A stretch of 64,000 nt of DNA, taken from contig CP011215.1 of the NCBI GenBank assembly GCA_001029775.1, forward strand, positions 187,187-251,186, read 5' to 3'. Both the position numbers and the translations under genes were made by a program. Each line of letters opens with the position of its first letter. Position 1 is the first letter of the stretch. Positions 38,616-47,631 of the stretch are shown here, piece after piece. The notes under the pieces are model-generated. The model had not been told where the DNA came from, did not search any database, and saw only the letters and a list, made by a program, of their open reading frames with translations. The stretch comes from Candidatus Campbellbacteria bacterium GW2011_OD1_34_28. GTDB taxonomy: Bacteria; Patescibacteriota; Minisyncoccia; Phycocordibacterales; UBA12079.

Positions 38616-39608
38616 ATGAAAAATATTTATAAATTTATTTTAATATTGGTTGTTGTAGTAGGAGTTTCATTTTATTTTGGAAACTCTCCTGCTGAAAACA
38701 TTTCGGCCGCGAACAATGAACATGCCGGAGATGTTAGTGGTTGTAGTGTTACAGCAACAACACTGACTGGCGCAAAGGAATATGGAGAAGATCAAGGTAG
38801 AACAAATGGATGTAGACCAACATTTTTCTTTGATATGTCTGGAGACGGATATTGTCCAGGAGGAAAATGTTCTGTTGATATAAGTTGTGAAGACGGTGAT
38901 GCCGAGACATACACATTTGATAATCCAGGTGTTCCTCCAGGGGAATGTCCTCCTGGTGCAAATTGGAATGGGGCGGTTGGAAATAGTCCTGGAAGATACC
39001 CTCTCGTTTACTGGGATTTGGAAGGATTTCTTTGGAAATCAAAAGGAAATACATATTGTAAATTGGTTGTCTATTTGCCACAAAAATTTGGAACAGGTGA
39101 ATGTGAGCCAGATTTTCAGGGGAGTCCAGCAAGCCCTGCAGATCCTGCAGAAACTTTAATGGATCTTGTTAATGAATGGAGAGATATTTCTGAAAAAATA
39201 CACAGATCGGGTGATTTAGCAGCAGCTCAGGATGAATATGATGAAATAAAAGCCGAAATGGATGCTATAAAAAAAGAAGCTCTTCAAATTGTACCAGAAG
39301 GAAGTTGTGACTATATTATTTACGGAGACGATCCTGGTTTTCATCACTACAATCCACATTCTTTTGATTCAGCAAAATCAGCAATTGTTTTATGTCCACT
39401 TTCACCAGAACTTGTTAGTTGTACGGGTTTTGTTCCTAATATAAATCCACTAACAGGCAAAATGTGGCCAGATAAAAATAGACAGATATTTATACAAGGA
39501 ACACCAAAAAGTGGTCCTTTGACGATAAATTGTTTGGGCAAAGATGGAGAAACTTATAGTTATAGAATTAATGATGGTAATACATACACAAACGGCGTGT
39601 GTCAGTAA
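38616..39608 (+). CDS. Secreted Cys-rich hypothetical protein.
   Basis: Signal/anchor helix; about 14 Cys spread through the mature part. Confidence 0.4.
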   Translation: MKNIYKFILILVVVVGVSFYFGNSPAENISAANNEHAGDVSGCSVTATTLTGAKEYGEDQGRTNGCRPTFFFDMSGDGYCPGGKCSVDISCEDGDAETYTFDNPGVPPGECPPGANWNGAVGNSPGRYPLVYWDLEGFLWKSKGNTYCKLVVYLPQKFGTGECEPDFQGSPASPADPAETLMDLVNEWRDISEKIHRSGDLAAAQDEYDEIKAEMDAIKKEALQIVPEGSCDYIIYGDDPGFHHYNPHSFDSAKSAIVLCPLSPELVSCTGFVPNINPLTGKMWPDKNRQIFIQGTPKSGPLTINCLGKDGETYSYRINDGNTYTNGVCQ

Positions 39609-39666
39609 AAGATAAAAGTTGCTTTTAAATATCTTTTTAGAAAGATGTTTAAATAAAAAATTATAA

Positions 39667-41691
39667 ATGGCGAAATTGTTAAAATTTAGAAAAATAATAT
39701 CTTTCTTTTTTGGAATGGTTGTTTTGTTCGGAGGTATTTTTTCTCCGGTTGGTTTTGATATTCAAAATGGAGGAAATCTAACAATAGATGTTGCAAGTGC
39801 TGCAAATCAAACCGGTACCAGTGTTTCTTGGGAAGATTTTATTGAAAGTGAAGGATATTCTTGTAATATAGCATCATGGAATTTCACTTTCGGCGGTTGT
39901 ATGGTTTTGGTACTAAAGGATGTATATGCGGTTGTTGCTTTTTTGTTGGTTATATTTGCAAAATTTTTTGATGTTCTTCTAATGTTTTCTATTAGTGATA
40001 AATTTTTAGACCAAGAATTTATTGGACCAGCATGGACGGCATTGAGGGATGCTGCCAATATGTTGTTTATTTTTCTGTTGGTAATTATTTCCATATCAAT
40101 AATACTGGATTATGGAAGTTTCAAATCAAAAGAATTGATAGTAAAAGTAATAATGATTGCAATTGCTATCAATTTTAGCTTGTTTGTTTCAAGGGTGGTC
40201 ATAGATGCGGGAAATATTTTCACGGTTGGTTTTTATGATGCGATAGGTGCAAAAGATATGGAAGATACATATATTGCAGGTATTATTCCAAAAGAAATTT
40301 CTAGTGGACTGATGTCTATGTTTAATCCAGTAGAGATGATGGATCAGGAGGCTTTTCATAAATGGGTGGAAGGTGAGGGAGATAAGACCGCTATTATGAT
40401 TGTTATTTTTTTGGTTGCTATTGCAATAGCTTTTTATACGGCGTATGTGTTTTTTATGGCTGGCTGGACATTTATTGGTAGGGTTATTTATCTTTGGATG
40501 TTGATGGTTCTTTCTCCTCTTGCTTTTATGTCTTATGCTATTCCTGGAATGGGATCGTATTTTACAAAATGGTGGCAAAAGTTATTGGATAAATCTTTTT
40601 GTGTAGTAGTATTTCTTTTTATCCTGTGGTTGTTGTTCTTAATAAATGATAATGGACTTTTTGCCTCAAATAATTTTGTTGAAGGTGATAATATTTTAGG
40701 ACAGATATTGGTAATTCTAATGAAAGCAATGATTGTTTTTGCTTTTATGAGAACAGCATTATCTGAATTAAAGAAAAAATGTGATGACGGTGTTATTGGG
40801 GATAGTATATTAAAAGGTGTGAAAGGAGCTGTTGGTTTGGCTGGTATTGCAACAGGAGGTGCTTTGGTGGGTGCAGGAGCAAAAGCATTGGGCGGTAATT
40901 TGATGAGAGGAACGGTTGGACGAGCTGCACAACGCGGTGCGGAATATATGGAAAAGAAAGGTGGGGGTACATCAACTATGGGTAAATTGGGATTGAAAAC
41001 ATTAAGAAATGTTGGAGATTCAAAATTCGGAATGGCAAAAGAAAGTTTCAAAGCCAGAGAAGATAGTAAAGTAAAAGATCATCATGCTTATGCAAATACT
41101 TTGTCAAAAGAAAAGAATATTACAGCAAACGAATTAGATGCCAAAGGAAAACCTGTAAGAGATGCACAGGGAAATATTAAGAAGACAAATATTAGTGCTC
41201 AGGATCAGTATTATAGAAATATTTCAAAATCAAAAATTTCTAATACCGTTGCAGCAACCGCTGGTGCGGCAACAGTTGCAACAGGAGGTGTTTTGGCACC
41301 TTTAACTGTTCCTCTAGCGGATTATATGAGAACTCGTGCAACCACTGGTGCAAAAGCAGCTGAACAACAAGGAAAGATAAGTAAATTAAATAAAGATAAA
41401 GAAATAGAGAGGGAAAAATTCAAACTTGAAATTGAGAAATTAAAAAATGAAGAACTTAGAGAAGCTGAAATTCATTTGCAAGAAGCAAAAGATGATTTGG
41501 AGAAAGCAAAATTAGCAAAACAACCAGAAAGTGCGCTAAGTATTTATAGGTCTGGTGTTGGAGATGCACAGGTTACTTTGTCAAAAGCTAATTCAGAAAT
41601 AAAAAAGAAAGAAGAAGAACTAAAAGAAAAATTGAAAAAGTATGATGAGGATATTAAGAAAGCGAGAGAGGATATGAAAAAAAATAAATAA
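39667..41691 (+). CDS. Polytopic membrane protein, VirB6/TrbL-like, with a Gly-rich segment and a long C-terminal coiled coil.
   Basis: At least 6 hydrophobic helices followed by GAVGLAGIATGGALVGAGAKALGG and a K/E-rich coiled coil. Assigned to VirB6 by topology and context only. Confidence 0.35.
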   Translation: MAKLLKFRKIISFFFGMVVLFGGIFSPVGFDIQNGGNLTIDVASAANQTGTSVSWEDFIESEGYSCNIASWNFTFGGCMVLVLKDVYAVVAFLLVIFAKFFDVLLMFSISDKFLDQEFIGPAWTALRDAANMLFIFLLVIISISIILDYGSFKSKELIVKVIMIAIAINFSLFVSRVVIDAGNIFTVGFYDAIGAKDMEDTYIAGIIPKEISSGLMSMFNPVEMMDQEAFHKWVEGEGDKTAIMIVIFLVAIAIAFYTAYVFFMAGWTFIGRVIYLWMLMVLSPLAFMSYAIPGMGSYFTKWWQKLLDKSFCVVVFLFILWLLFLINDNGLFASNNFVEGDNILGQILVILMKAMIVFAFMRTALSELKKKCDDGVIGDSILKGVKGAVGLAGIATGGALVGAGAKALGGNLMRGTVGRAAQRGAEYMEKKGGGTSTMGKLGLKTLRNVGDSKFGMAKESFKAREDSKVKDHHAYANTLSKEKNITANELDAKGKPVRDAQGNIKKTNISAQDQYYRNISKSKISNTVAATAGAATVATGGVLAPLTVPLADYMRTRATTGAKAAEQQGKISKLNKDKEIEREKFKLEIEKLKNEELREAEIHLQEAKDDLEKAKLAKQPESALSIYRSGVGDAQVTLSKANSEIKKKEEELKEKLKKYDEDIKKAREDMKKNK

Positions 41692-41701
41692 TTTATAAAC
41701 T

Positions 41702-42349
41702 ATGGAATATACACCAGAACAAATTGAAAATAGACTAAATTCGCTTCCTGCTGATATCAAGCAGGCGATGTCAGAGGTTGATACAACCACAGCTATTTTA
41801 AATGTGGGAAAGAAAAATGGACTTCATGTAGATCAGATGGGAGAGCTTCTCTATTGTGTTGGCCTTGTGATGCTCGGCCTCGAACATTCTCAACGCTTTG
41901 CAGACATTATTATTGAAAAGGTGGGCGTTTCCCCTGAACAAGCAGAAGTGATAACCGCCGATATAAACAACGAGGTTTTCTTAAAATTGAGAGAGTCTAT
42001 TAAAAAAATTCACGAACAGCACTCTTCTCAAAATACAGAAATAGATAATAGGCCTTTGGCAGAGAAAATGAATCCTTTTGAACAAAAACACGAAGGAGAG
42101 GTGTTGGATAAAGACAAAATTTTGGCAGAGATAGAAAACCCTGAAAATATTATAGAAAACAAGGTTTCAACACCTTCTGTAAATATAAACGTTCAAATTC
42201 CTGTGATTGAGCCTCCTATGCCCGCAGAACCTTTTAAAATGAATATTATGGAGAGTAAATTGGGTGGAGTAACAAAATTACCTATGCAAGAGAAAAAGGT
42301 AGAAGAATCAGGAGTAAAGATAGATCCGTATAGAGAACCAATTGAGTAG
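41702..42349 (+). CDS. Hypothetical protein in the T4SS-like block.
   Basis: ORF only. Confidence 0.35.
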   Translation: MEYTPEQIENRLNSLPADIKQAMSEVDTTTAILNVGKKNGLHVDQMGELLYCVGLVMLGLEHSQRFADIIIEKVGVSPEQAEVITADINNEVFLKLRESIKKIHEQHSSQNTEIDNRPLAEKMNPFEQKHEGEVLDKDKILAEIENPENIIENKVSTPSVNINVQIPVIEPPMPAEPFKMNIMESKLGGVTKLPMQEKKVEESGVKIDPYREPIE

Positions 42350-42378
42350 AAAGTCGAAAGTTTGTAAAGTTATAAAGT

Positions 42379-42723
42379 ATGAAAATAGAAAGATTTGAAG
42401 ATATAATATCATGGCAAAAAGCTGAAAAATTAACCCTAGATATTTATAACATTTTTAGAAATATTAATGATTTTGGTTTTAAAAATCAAATACAAAGATC
42501 TTCTGTTTCTATAATGAATAATATTGCCGAAGGGTTTGAAAGAAAGGGAAATAATGAATTAAAGTATTTTTTGTTCGTTGCAAAAGGATCATGTGCTGAA
42601 ACCAGATCAATGTTGCACTTATCATTACAGTTGAAATATTTAAAAGAAGATCAATATAAAAAATTAAACGAATTATCAATAGAAATTTCAAAATTATTAT
42701 CAGGTTTAATCAAAACTTTATAA
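42379..42723 (+). CDS. Four-helix-bundle protein, 23S-rRNA-intervening-sequence / DGR Avd-like family (paralog 1).
   Basis: ~115 aa, motifs IAEGFERKGNNELKYFLFVAKGSCAETRSML typical of the TIGR02436-type bundle. Confidence 0.6.
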   Translation: MKIERFEDIISWQKAEKLTLDIYNIFRNINDFGFKNQIQRSSVSIMNNIAEGFERKGNNELKYFLFVAKGSCAETRSMLHLSLQLKYLKEDQYKKLNELSIEISKLLSGLIKTL

Positions 42724-42755
42724 ACTTTAAACTTTATAAACTTTAAACTAATATC

Positions 42756-43181
42756 GTGCATTTCGAAGTACCACAATTTATAGATATAGAAGACAAAATA
42801 GTTGGACCCCTAACTATCAAGCAGTTTATTTTCGTTGCCGGAGGAGCAGGAATTTGTTTTGCTATCTATTTTTTTCTTAAAAGTCTATTTTTCACTCTTC
42901 TTCTAGGGGCTCCTTTTATAGCTCTTTCTCTTTCTCTTGCTTTTTATAAACCAAGCGGAAGACCTTTTATTTTAGTTTTGGAATCAGCCTTTTGGTTTTT
43001 CTTGAAAAGTAAATTATATATTTGGAAAAAAGAACCAAAGAAAGTTCAGAAAGGAGTAGAAAAAGAACCCGATTTGGTGGCTCAGATGAATGTACCAAAA
43101 TTGTCAGATAGTAAATTATCAGATTTGGGTTGGAGTTTGGATATAAAAGACAAATTGGAAGATAATATGAATAATAATTAA
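42756..43181 (+). CDS. Small two-TM membrane protein, VirB3/PrgI-like.
   Basis: Two adjacent hydrophobic helices in a 141 aa protein, two genes upstream of the VirB4 ATPase. Confidence 0.35.
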   Translation: MHFEVPQFIDIEDKIVGPLTIKQFIFVAGGAGICFAIYFFLKSLFFTLLLGAPFIALSLSLAFYKPSGRPFILVLESAFWFFLKSKLYIWKKEPKKVQKGVEKEPDLVAQMNVPKLSDSKLSDLGWSLDIKDKLEDNMNNN

Positions 43182-43207
43182 TAAAAATTCAAAATTGAAA
43201 TCTCAAA

Positions 43208-43579
43208 ATGCAAAATGAAAAAGAAAAATTTAAAAATGAATTTAAGAAAAGATTGTATACATGGACACTAAGATTAATAAAATTTATTGATAAATTAAAT
43301 AAAGATTCTGTCTGTAATGTAATAGGAAAACAATTATTGAGAAGCGGAACAAGTATTTTATCAAACTATGTTGAAGCGGGATCTGCTAGTTCGAAGAGAG
43401 ATTACATTAATTTTTTTACATATTCTTTAAAATCATCCAATGAATCGAAGGTGTGGTTGTCTTTGTTGAGGGATACAAACAAGGGGGATAAAAAAGAATT
43501 AGAGTGGATGTTATGTGAATTACAAGAAATATCAAACATCATTGCATCTGGTATAATAACAATGAAAGGGAAAAGATAA
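43208..43579 (+). CDS. Four-helix-bundle protein, Avd-like / 23S rRNA IVS family (paralog 2).
   Basis: GKQLLRSGTSILSNYVEAGSASSKRDYINFFTYSLKSSNESKVWL, same family signature as paralog 1. Confidence 0.6.
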   Translation: MQNEKEKFKNEFKKRLYTWTLRLIKFIDKLNKDSVCNVIGKQLLRSGTSILSNYVEAGSASSKRDYINFFTYSLKSSNESKVWLSLLRDTNKGDKKELEWMLCELQEISNIIASGIITMKGKR

Positions 43580-43635
43580 TTTTTATTTTTAAACTGTCAT
43601 TTTTAATTTTGAGATTTTAATTTTGAATTTGAAAC

Positions 43636-44265
43636 ATGGAAAAAACATCAGCAACACAAGGATTTGTTCCTATCAAAGAAATAAGAGATGGTGTAATTGT
43701 TCTTAAAGATAATTCTCTAAGGGCTATTTTGATGGTTTCTTCTTTAAATTTTTCTTTAAAATCCTCAGATGAACAAATAGCAATTATTTATCAATTTCAA
43801 AATTTTTTAAACTCTCTTGATTTTTCTACTCAGATTTATATTCAATCAAGAAAGTTGGATATTAGGCCTTATATCTCAGTTATGGAGGAAAAATACAAAG
43901 CTCAAACAAATGATTTGATGAAAATTCAAACAAGAGAATATATAGAATTTATAAAGAAATTTACCGAGAGTGTAAATATAATGACGAAAAACTTCTTTAT
44001 AATTGTACCTTACACACCTTCTTTTCTAGGAAACTCCTCGAAAGGCCCCCTCGGTCTTGGTGGAGGGAAAAAAAATACACAAATTTTGGAAAACGATTCT
44101 TTTGAAGAGAGTCGTTCACAGTTGGAACAAAGAGCCAATGTCATAGAACAAGGGTTATCAAGGTCTGGTTTAAGGGTTGCCAGATTAGGAACTGAAGAAT
44201 CGGTAGAATTACTTTATAAAATATTTAATCCAGGAGAATCAGAAAAACCAATTCAACTAAATTAA
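43636..44265 (+). CDS. VirB4/TraC/CagE-family N-terminal domain, encoded as a separate ORF that ends 4 nt before the ATPase ORF.
   Basis: 209 aa + 604 aa equals a typical VirB4 length. The N-terminal GFVPIKEIRDGVIVLKDNSLRAIL resembles the VirB4 N-terminal motif. Confidence 0.45.
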   Translation: MEKTSATQGFVPIKEIRDGVIVLKDNSLRAILMVSSLNFSLKSSDEQIAIIYQFQNFLNSLDFSTQIYIQSRKLDIRPYISVMEEKYKAQTNDLMKIQTREYIEFIKKFTESVNIMTKNFFIIVPYTPSFLGNSSKGPLGLGGGKKNTQILENDSFEESRSQLEQRANVIEQGLSRSGLRVARLGTEESVELLYKIFNPGESEKPIQLN

Positions 44266-44269
44266 AAAT

Positions 44270-46084
44270 ATGAGCATTTTTGATAAAATTTTAGGAAAAA
44301 AAGACGAGGGTCCGGGTATCACACCCACATTGCCACAGGAAATTTATGAGACTGGTGTTTTGGAATTGCAAGATATTATTGCTCCTTCTGCTCTAAAGAT
44401 TTCTCCTAACAATATTAACCTCGGTGGTAAAATAATGAAAACATTTTTTGTTATTTCTTATCCAAGATTTTTATCTGACAATTGGTTTTCTTCTGTAATT
44501 AATTTAGATAAAGAATTTGATGTATCTATTTTTATTCATCCGATTGAGACAGAAAAAGTATTGCGACAATTTCAAAAGAAAGTAGCCGAGGTTCAAAGCC
44601 AAATAATGACAAGAGAAGAAAAGGGATTTGTTAGAGACCCGGGTTTAGACGCTGCTTATCAAAATCTCGAAGATTTGCGTGACAAATTGCAACAGGCACA
44701 GGAAAAATTGTTTGATGTCGGTGTTTATATTTCTATTTATGGAAAAGATGATGACGAATTGAACAAACTTGAATCAGAGATTCGTTCTATTTTGGAATCA
44801 AAACTTATCTACATTAGACCATCTCTTTTCCAACAAGAACAAGGTTTTAGAAGTATTTTGCCATTAGGAAATGATCTTTTAAATGTTCACTCAAAGCTTA
44901 ATTCCGCCCCTCTTTCCAGTATTTTTCCTTTCGTTTCTTTTGACCTAACATCTGATAAAGGAATTTTGTATGGAGTAAACAGACACAACTCAAGTTTGAT
45001 AATTTTTGATCGTTTTTCTTTAGCAAACTACAATTCAGTTACTTTTGCAAAATCTGGAGCAGGAAAATCTTATGCAATCAAATTGGAAGTTTTGAGATCT
45101 CTAATGTTTGGTGTAGAGGTTATGGTAATAGACCCTGAAAGAGAATTTGAATATTTGTCCGAGGCAGTAGGGGGAAGATATTTTAATATTTCTTTGTCGT
45201 CCGAACACCATATCAATCCTTTTGATTTACCAGCTCCAAGACCAGACGAATCACCTTCAAATGTTTTGCGATCACATATTGTCAATTTGGTAGGGCTTTT
45301 TAGAATTATGTTGGGAGGGTTATCACCAGAAGAAGATGCAATAGTGGACAGAGCTATTTCGGAAACTTATGCCTTGAGAGATATTACACCCGATTCCGAT
45401 TTTACAAACATAGAACCACCTCTTTTGTCAGACTTTGAACTTGTTTTGGCGGGAATGGAAGGAGCCGATGTTTTGGTTCAAAAAATATCAAAATATACAA
45501 AAGGTACATGGTCTGGATTTTTGAACAAACCAACCAATGTGGATATAAATAGTAAATTTATTGTATTCTCTATTAGAGACATGGAAGATGAGTTGCGACC
45601 GGTGGCAATGTATATTATTACCCACTATATTTGGAATGCGGTTAGAAAAGAATTGAAAAAAAGATTGTTTGTTATCGACGAAGCATGGCAAATGATGAAA
45701 TCAGAAGACGCTGCCTCTTTCTTGTTTAGTATGGCAAAAAGAGGAAGAAAATATTATTTAGGATTGGCAACAATTACCCAAGACATCAACGACTTTCTTC
45801 CTTCTCCGTATGGACTGCCCATTATCACCAACTCTTCTATTCAGGTGTTGTTGAAACAGTCTCCTACAACAATAGACGCTGTTCAAAAAACATTTAACCT
45901 TACAGATGAGGAAAAATATCTTCTTTTGGAAGCGGGTGTAGGGGAGGGAATTTTCTTTGCTGGACTAAAACACGTAGCAATAAAAATAATTGCATCATAT
46001 ACCGAAGATCAGATTATTACATCGGATCCATCACAGGTTTTGGCCATTAAACAAGCAAAAAGAGATCTGGAAGCATCTGAATAA
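44270..46084 (+). CDS. virB4: VirB4/TrbE/TraC-family type IV secretion ATPase (C-terminal ATPase portion).
   Basis: Walker A FAKSGAGKSY, VMVIDPEREF, Walker B LFVIDEAWQMM, and conserved C-terminal motifs. Confidence 0.75.
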   Translation: MSIFDKILGKKDEGPGITPTLPQEIYETGVLELQDIIAPSALKISPNNINLGGKIMKTFFVISYPRFLSDNWFSSVINLDKEFDVSIFIHPIETEKVLRQFQKKVAEVQSQIMTREEKGFVRDPGLDAAYQNLEDLRDKLQQAQEKLFDVGVYISIYGKDDDELNKLESEIRSILESKLIYIRPSLFQQEQGFRSILPLGNDLLNVHSKLNSAPLSSIFPFVSFDLTSDKGILYGVNRHNSSLIIFDRFSLANYNSVTFAKSGAGKSYAIKLEVLRSLMFGVEVMVIDPEREFEYLSEAVGGRYFNISLSSEHHINPFDLPAPRPDESPSNVLRSHIVNLVGLFRIMLGGLSPEEDAIVDRAISETYALRDITPDSDFTNIEPPLLSDFELVLAGMEGADVLVQKISKYTKGTWSGFLNKPTNVDINSKFIVFSIRDMEDELRPVAMYIITHYIWNAVRKELKKRLFVIDEAWQMMKSEDAASFLFSMAKRGRKYYLGLATITQDINDFLPSPYGLPIITNSSIQVLLKQSPTTIDAVQKTFNLTDEEKYLLLEAGVGEGIFFAGLKHVAIKIIASYTEDQIITSDPSQVLAIKQAKRDLEASE

Positions 46085-46108
46085 TTTATGTTAATATAAA
46101 TATAATAA

Positions 46109-47176
46109 ATGAAGAAAGTATTTAATAAAAAAATAAAAGTTTATTTGGGGGTACTTTTCGTTTTTTCTTTTGTTTTTGTTTCTTTTGCTGATGCTGTTGA
46201 AACAGATATAGAAAGTTATGTTTTTGGTGGTAGTGGTATTGGTAGTTTACCAGAATTATTAACTATGAAGCTAAGTAATAGAATACCCAGTCCAAACGAA
46301 GAAATTACAATATCTTTGGAAAATTATTCAATAGATTTGTATACATCACAGATTTCTTGGTATAAAAATGATTCTTTGGTAGAGAGAGGTCTTGGAAAAA
46401 AAGATTTTACTTTTAATGTGGGAGGTTTGGGTACATCTGACACAATTACCGCAGTTGTTTTAACAAAAAATGGTGAACAAATTTCAACTAGCAAAACTTT
46501 TTCTCCTGCAGAGGTTGATATTGTGTGGGAGGGAGATGTTTATACACCACCTTTTTATAAAGGAAAGGCACTCGTCTCACATCGTTCTGTTGTAAAAATA
46601 GTCGCAATTCCAAATTTTATTGGTTCTAACAAATCAAAAATAAGTGACGATAAATTGATGTATGTTTGGAAAAAGAATGGAAATATTATAAATGGATCAC
46701 AAGGGATGGGCAAAAATATGTTGTATTATGATATGGAGAAAAATTTTAGAGACAGTGTTTTGACAGTCGAGGTTTCTAATAGCGACGATTCTATAAAAGC
46801 AAAATCTTCTGTCAGTATAAAAGAGATCAAACCAAAGATAGTGTTTTATGAAAACGACCCTCTTATGGGAATAGTTTTTGAAAAAGCATTAAATAAAAAA
46901 ACCGACTTGTTAAAAGAAGAAATAACTGTAACCGCGCAACCTTTCTTTTTTTCAAAAGATGATATAAAAAATGAGAAACTTGAATATAAATGGAAACTTA
47001 ACAATAAAATATTGGATGATGTCGTTGGAGATTTTATAACCTTGAAAAAAGGTGAAGACAAAGGTACCGCAAATTTAAGTCTGAATATACAAGATAAAAA
47101 TAGAGTAATGCAGTCAGCGACAAACATTTTAAATATCAATTTTGATGATGAGAGAGCATCGTTATTTAATTTTTAA
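46109..47176 (+). CDS. Secreted hypothetical protein (T4SS-like block).
   Basis: Signal peptide; repetitive beta-rich sequence. Confidence 0.4.
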   Translation: MKKVFNKKIKVYLGVLFVFSFVFVSFADAVETDIESYVFGGSGIGSLPELLTMKLSNRIPSPNEEITISLENYSIDLYTSQISWYKNDSLVERGLGKKDFTFNVGGLGTSDTITAVVLTKNGEQISTSKTFSPAEVDIVWEGDVYTPPFYKGKALVSHRSVVKIVAIPNFIGSNKSKISDDKLMYVWKKNGNIINGSQGMGKNMLYYDMEKNFRDSVLTVEVSNSDDSIKAKSSVSIKEIKPKIVFYENDPLMGIVFEKALNKKTDLLKEEITVTAQPFFFSKDDIKNEKLEYKWKLNNKILDDVVGDFITLKKGEDKGTANLSLNIQDKNRVMQSATNILNINFDDERASLFNF

Positions 47177-47179
47177 TAT

Positions 47180-47593
47180 ATGATAAATTTTTTAAAAAAT
47201 AAAAAAATACAAATCGTTTCATCAGCTGCTTTTCTTTTTTTTGTTTCTTTCTCTGTTTCTTTCTCTGCAGTTGAATATAAGATGCTTGAAAAATTGCCCT
47301 ACATCAATCCAAATGGGGAAGCTGTAGATCTTACAACATATCTTTCAGGAGCGTTTAGACTGGCTTTTGGTGTTGCTATTCTTTTAGCGGTATTTCAACT
47401 ATCATTTGCTGGTTTCAAATATCTAACAGAAGAATCTTTTACTGGAAAAACAAATGCAAAAAGTAAAATCAACAACGCGATTTTTGGACTTGTCCTTATT
47501 TTTGTTTCTTATTTGTTGTTGAATTTTATCAACCCAGATTTGGTGAATATTCAATTTGAAATTCCTAAGGTAGGTAAGTCTAATGGGTCATGA
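47180..47593 (+). CDS. VirB2/TrbC-like pilin candidate.
   Basis: 137 aa, a cleavable-looking leader, then two hydrophobic helices (AFRLAFGVAILLAVFQLSFAGF and IFGLVLIFVSYLLLNFI), the typical VirB2 topology. Confidence 0.4.
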   Translation: MINFLKNKKIQIVSSAAFLFFVSFSVSFSAVEYKMLEKLPYINPNGEAVDLTTYLSGAFRLAFGVAILLAVFQLSFAGFKYLTEESFTGKTNAKSKINNAIFGLVLIFVSYLLLNFINPDLVNIQFEIPKVGKSNGS

Positions 47594-47631
47594 GCAAGTG
47601 GAGGTTGGTAAAAATATAACAATAATATAAT

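Noticed and set aside
40189-41051. Minus-strand ORFs 40189-40578, 40533-41051, 40793-40975 and 39807-40094
   Set aside because: Antisense to the VirB6-like membrane protein gene; P/H/N-rich products typical of reverse reads of hydrophobic genes.
42379-43579. Calling a diversity-generating retroelement from the two Avd-like genes
   Set aside because: No reverse transcriptase ORF and no evident TR/VR repeat pair in the window; Avd-like proteins also occur standalone.
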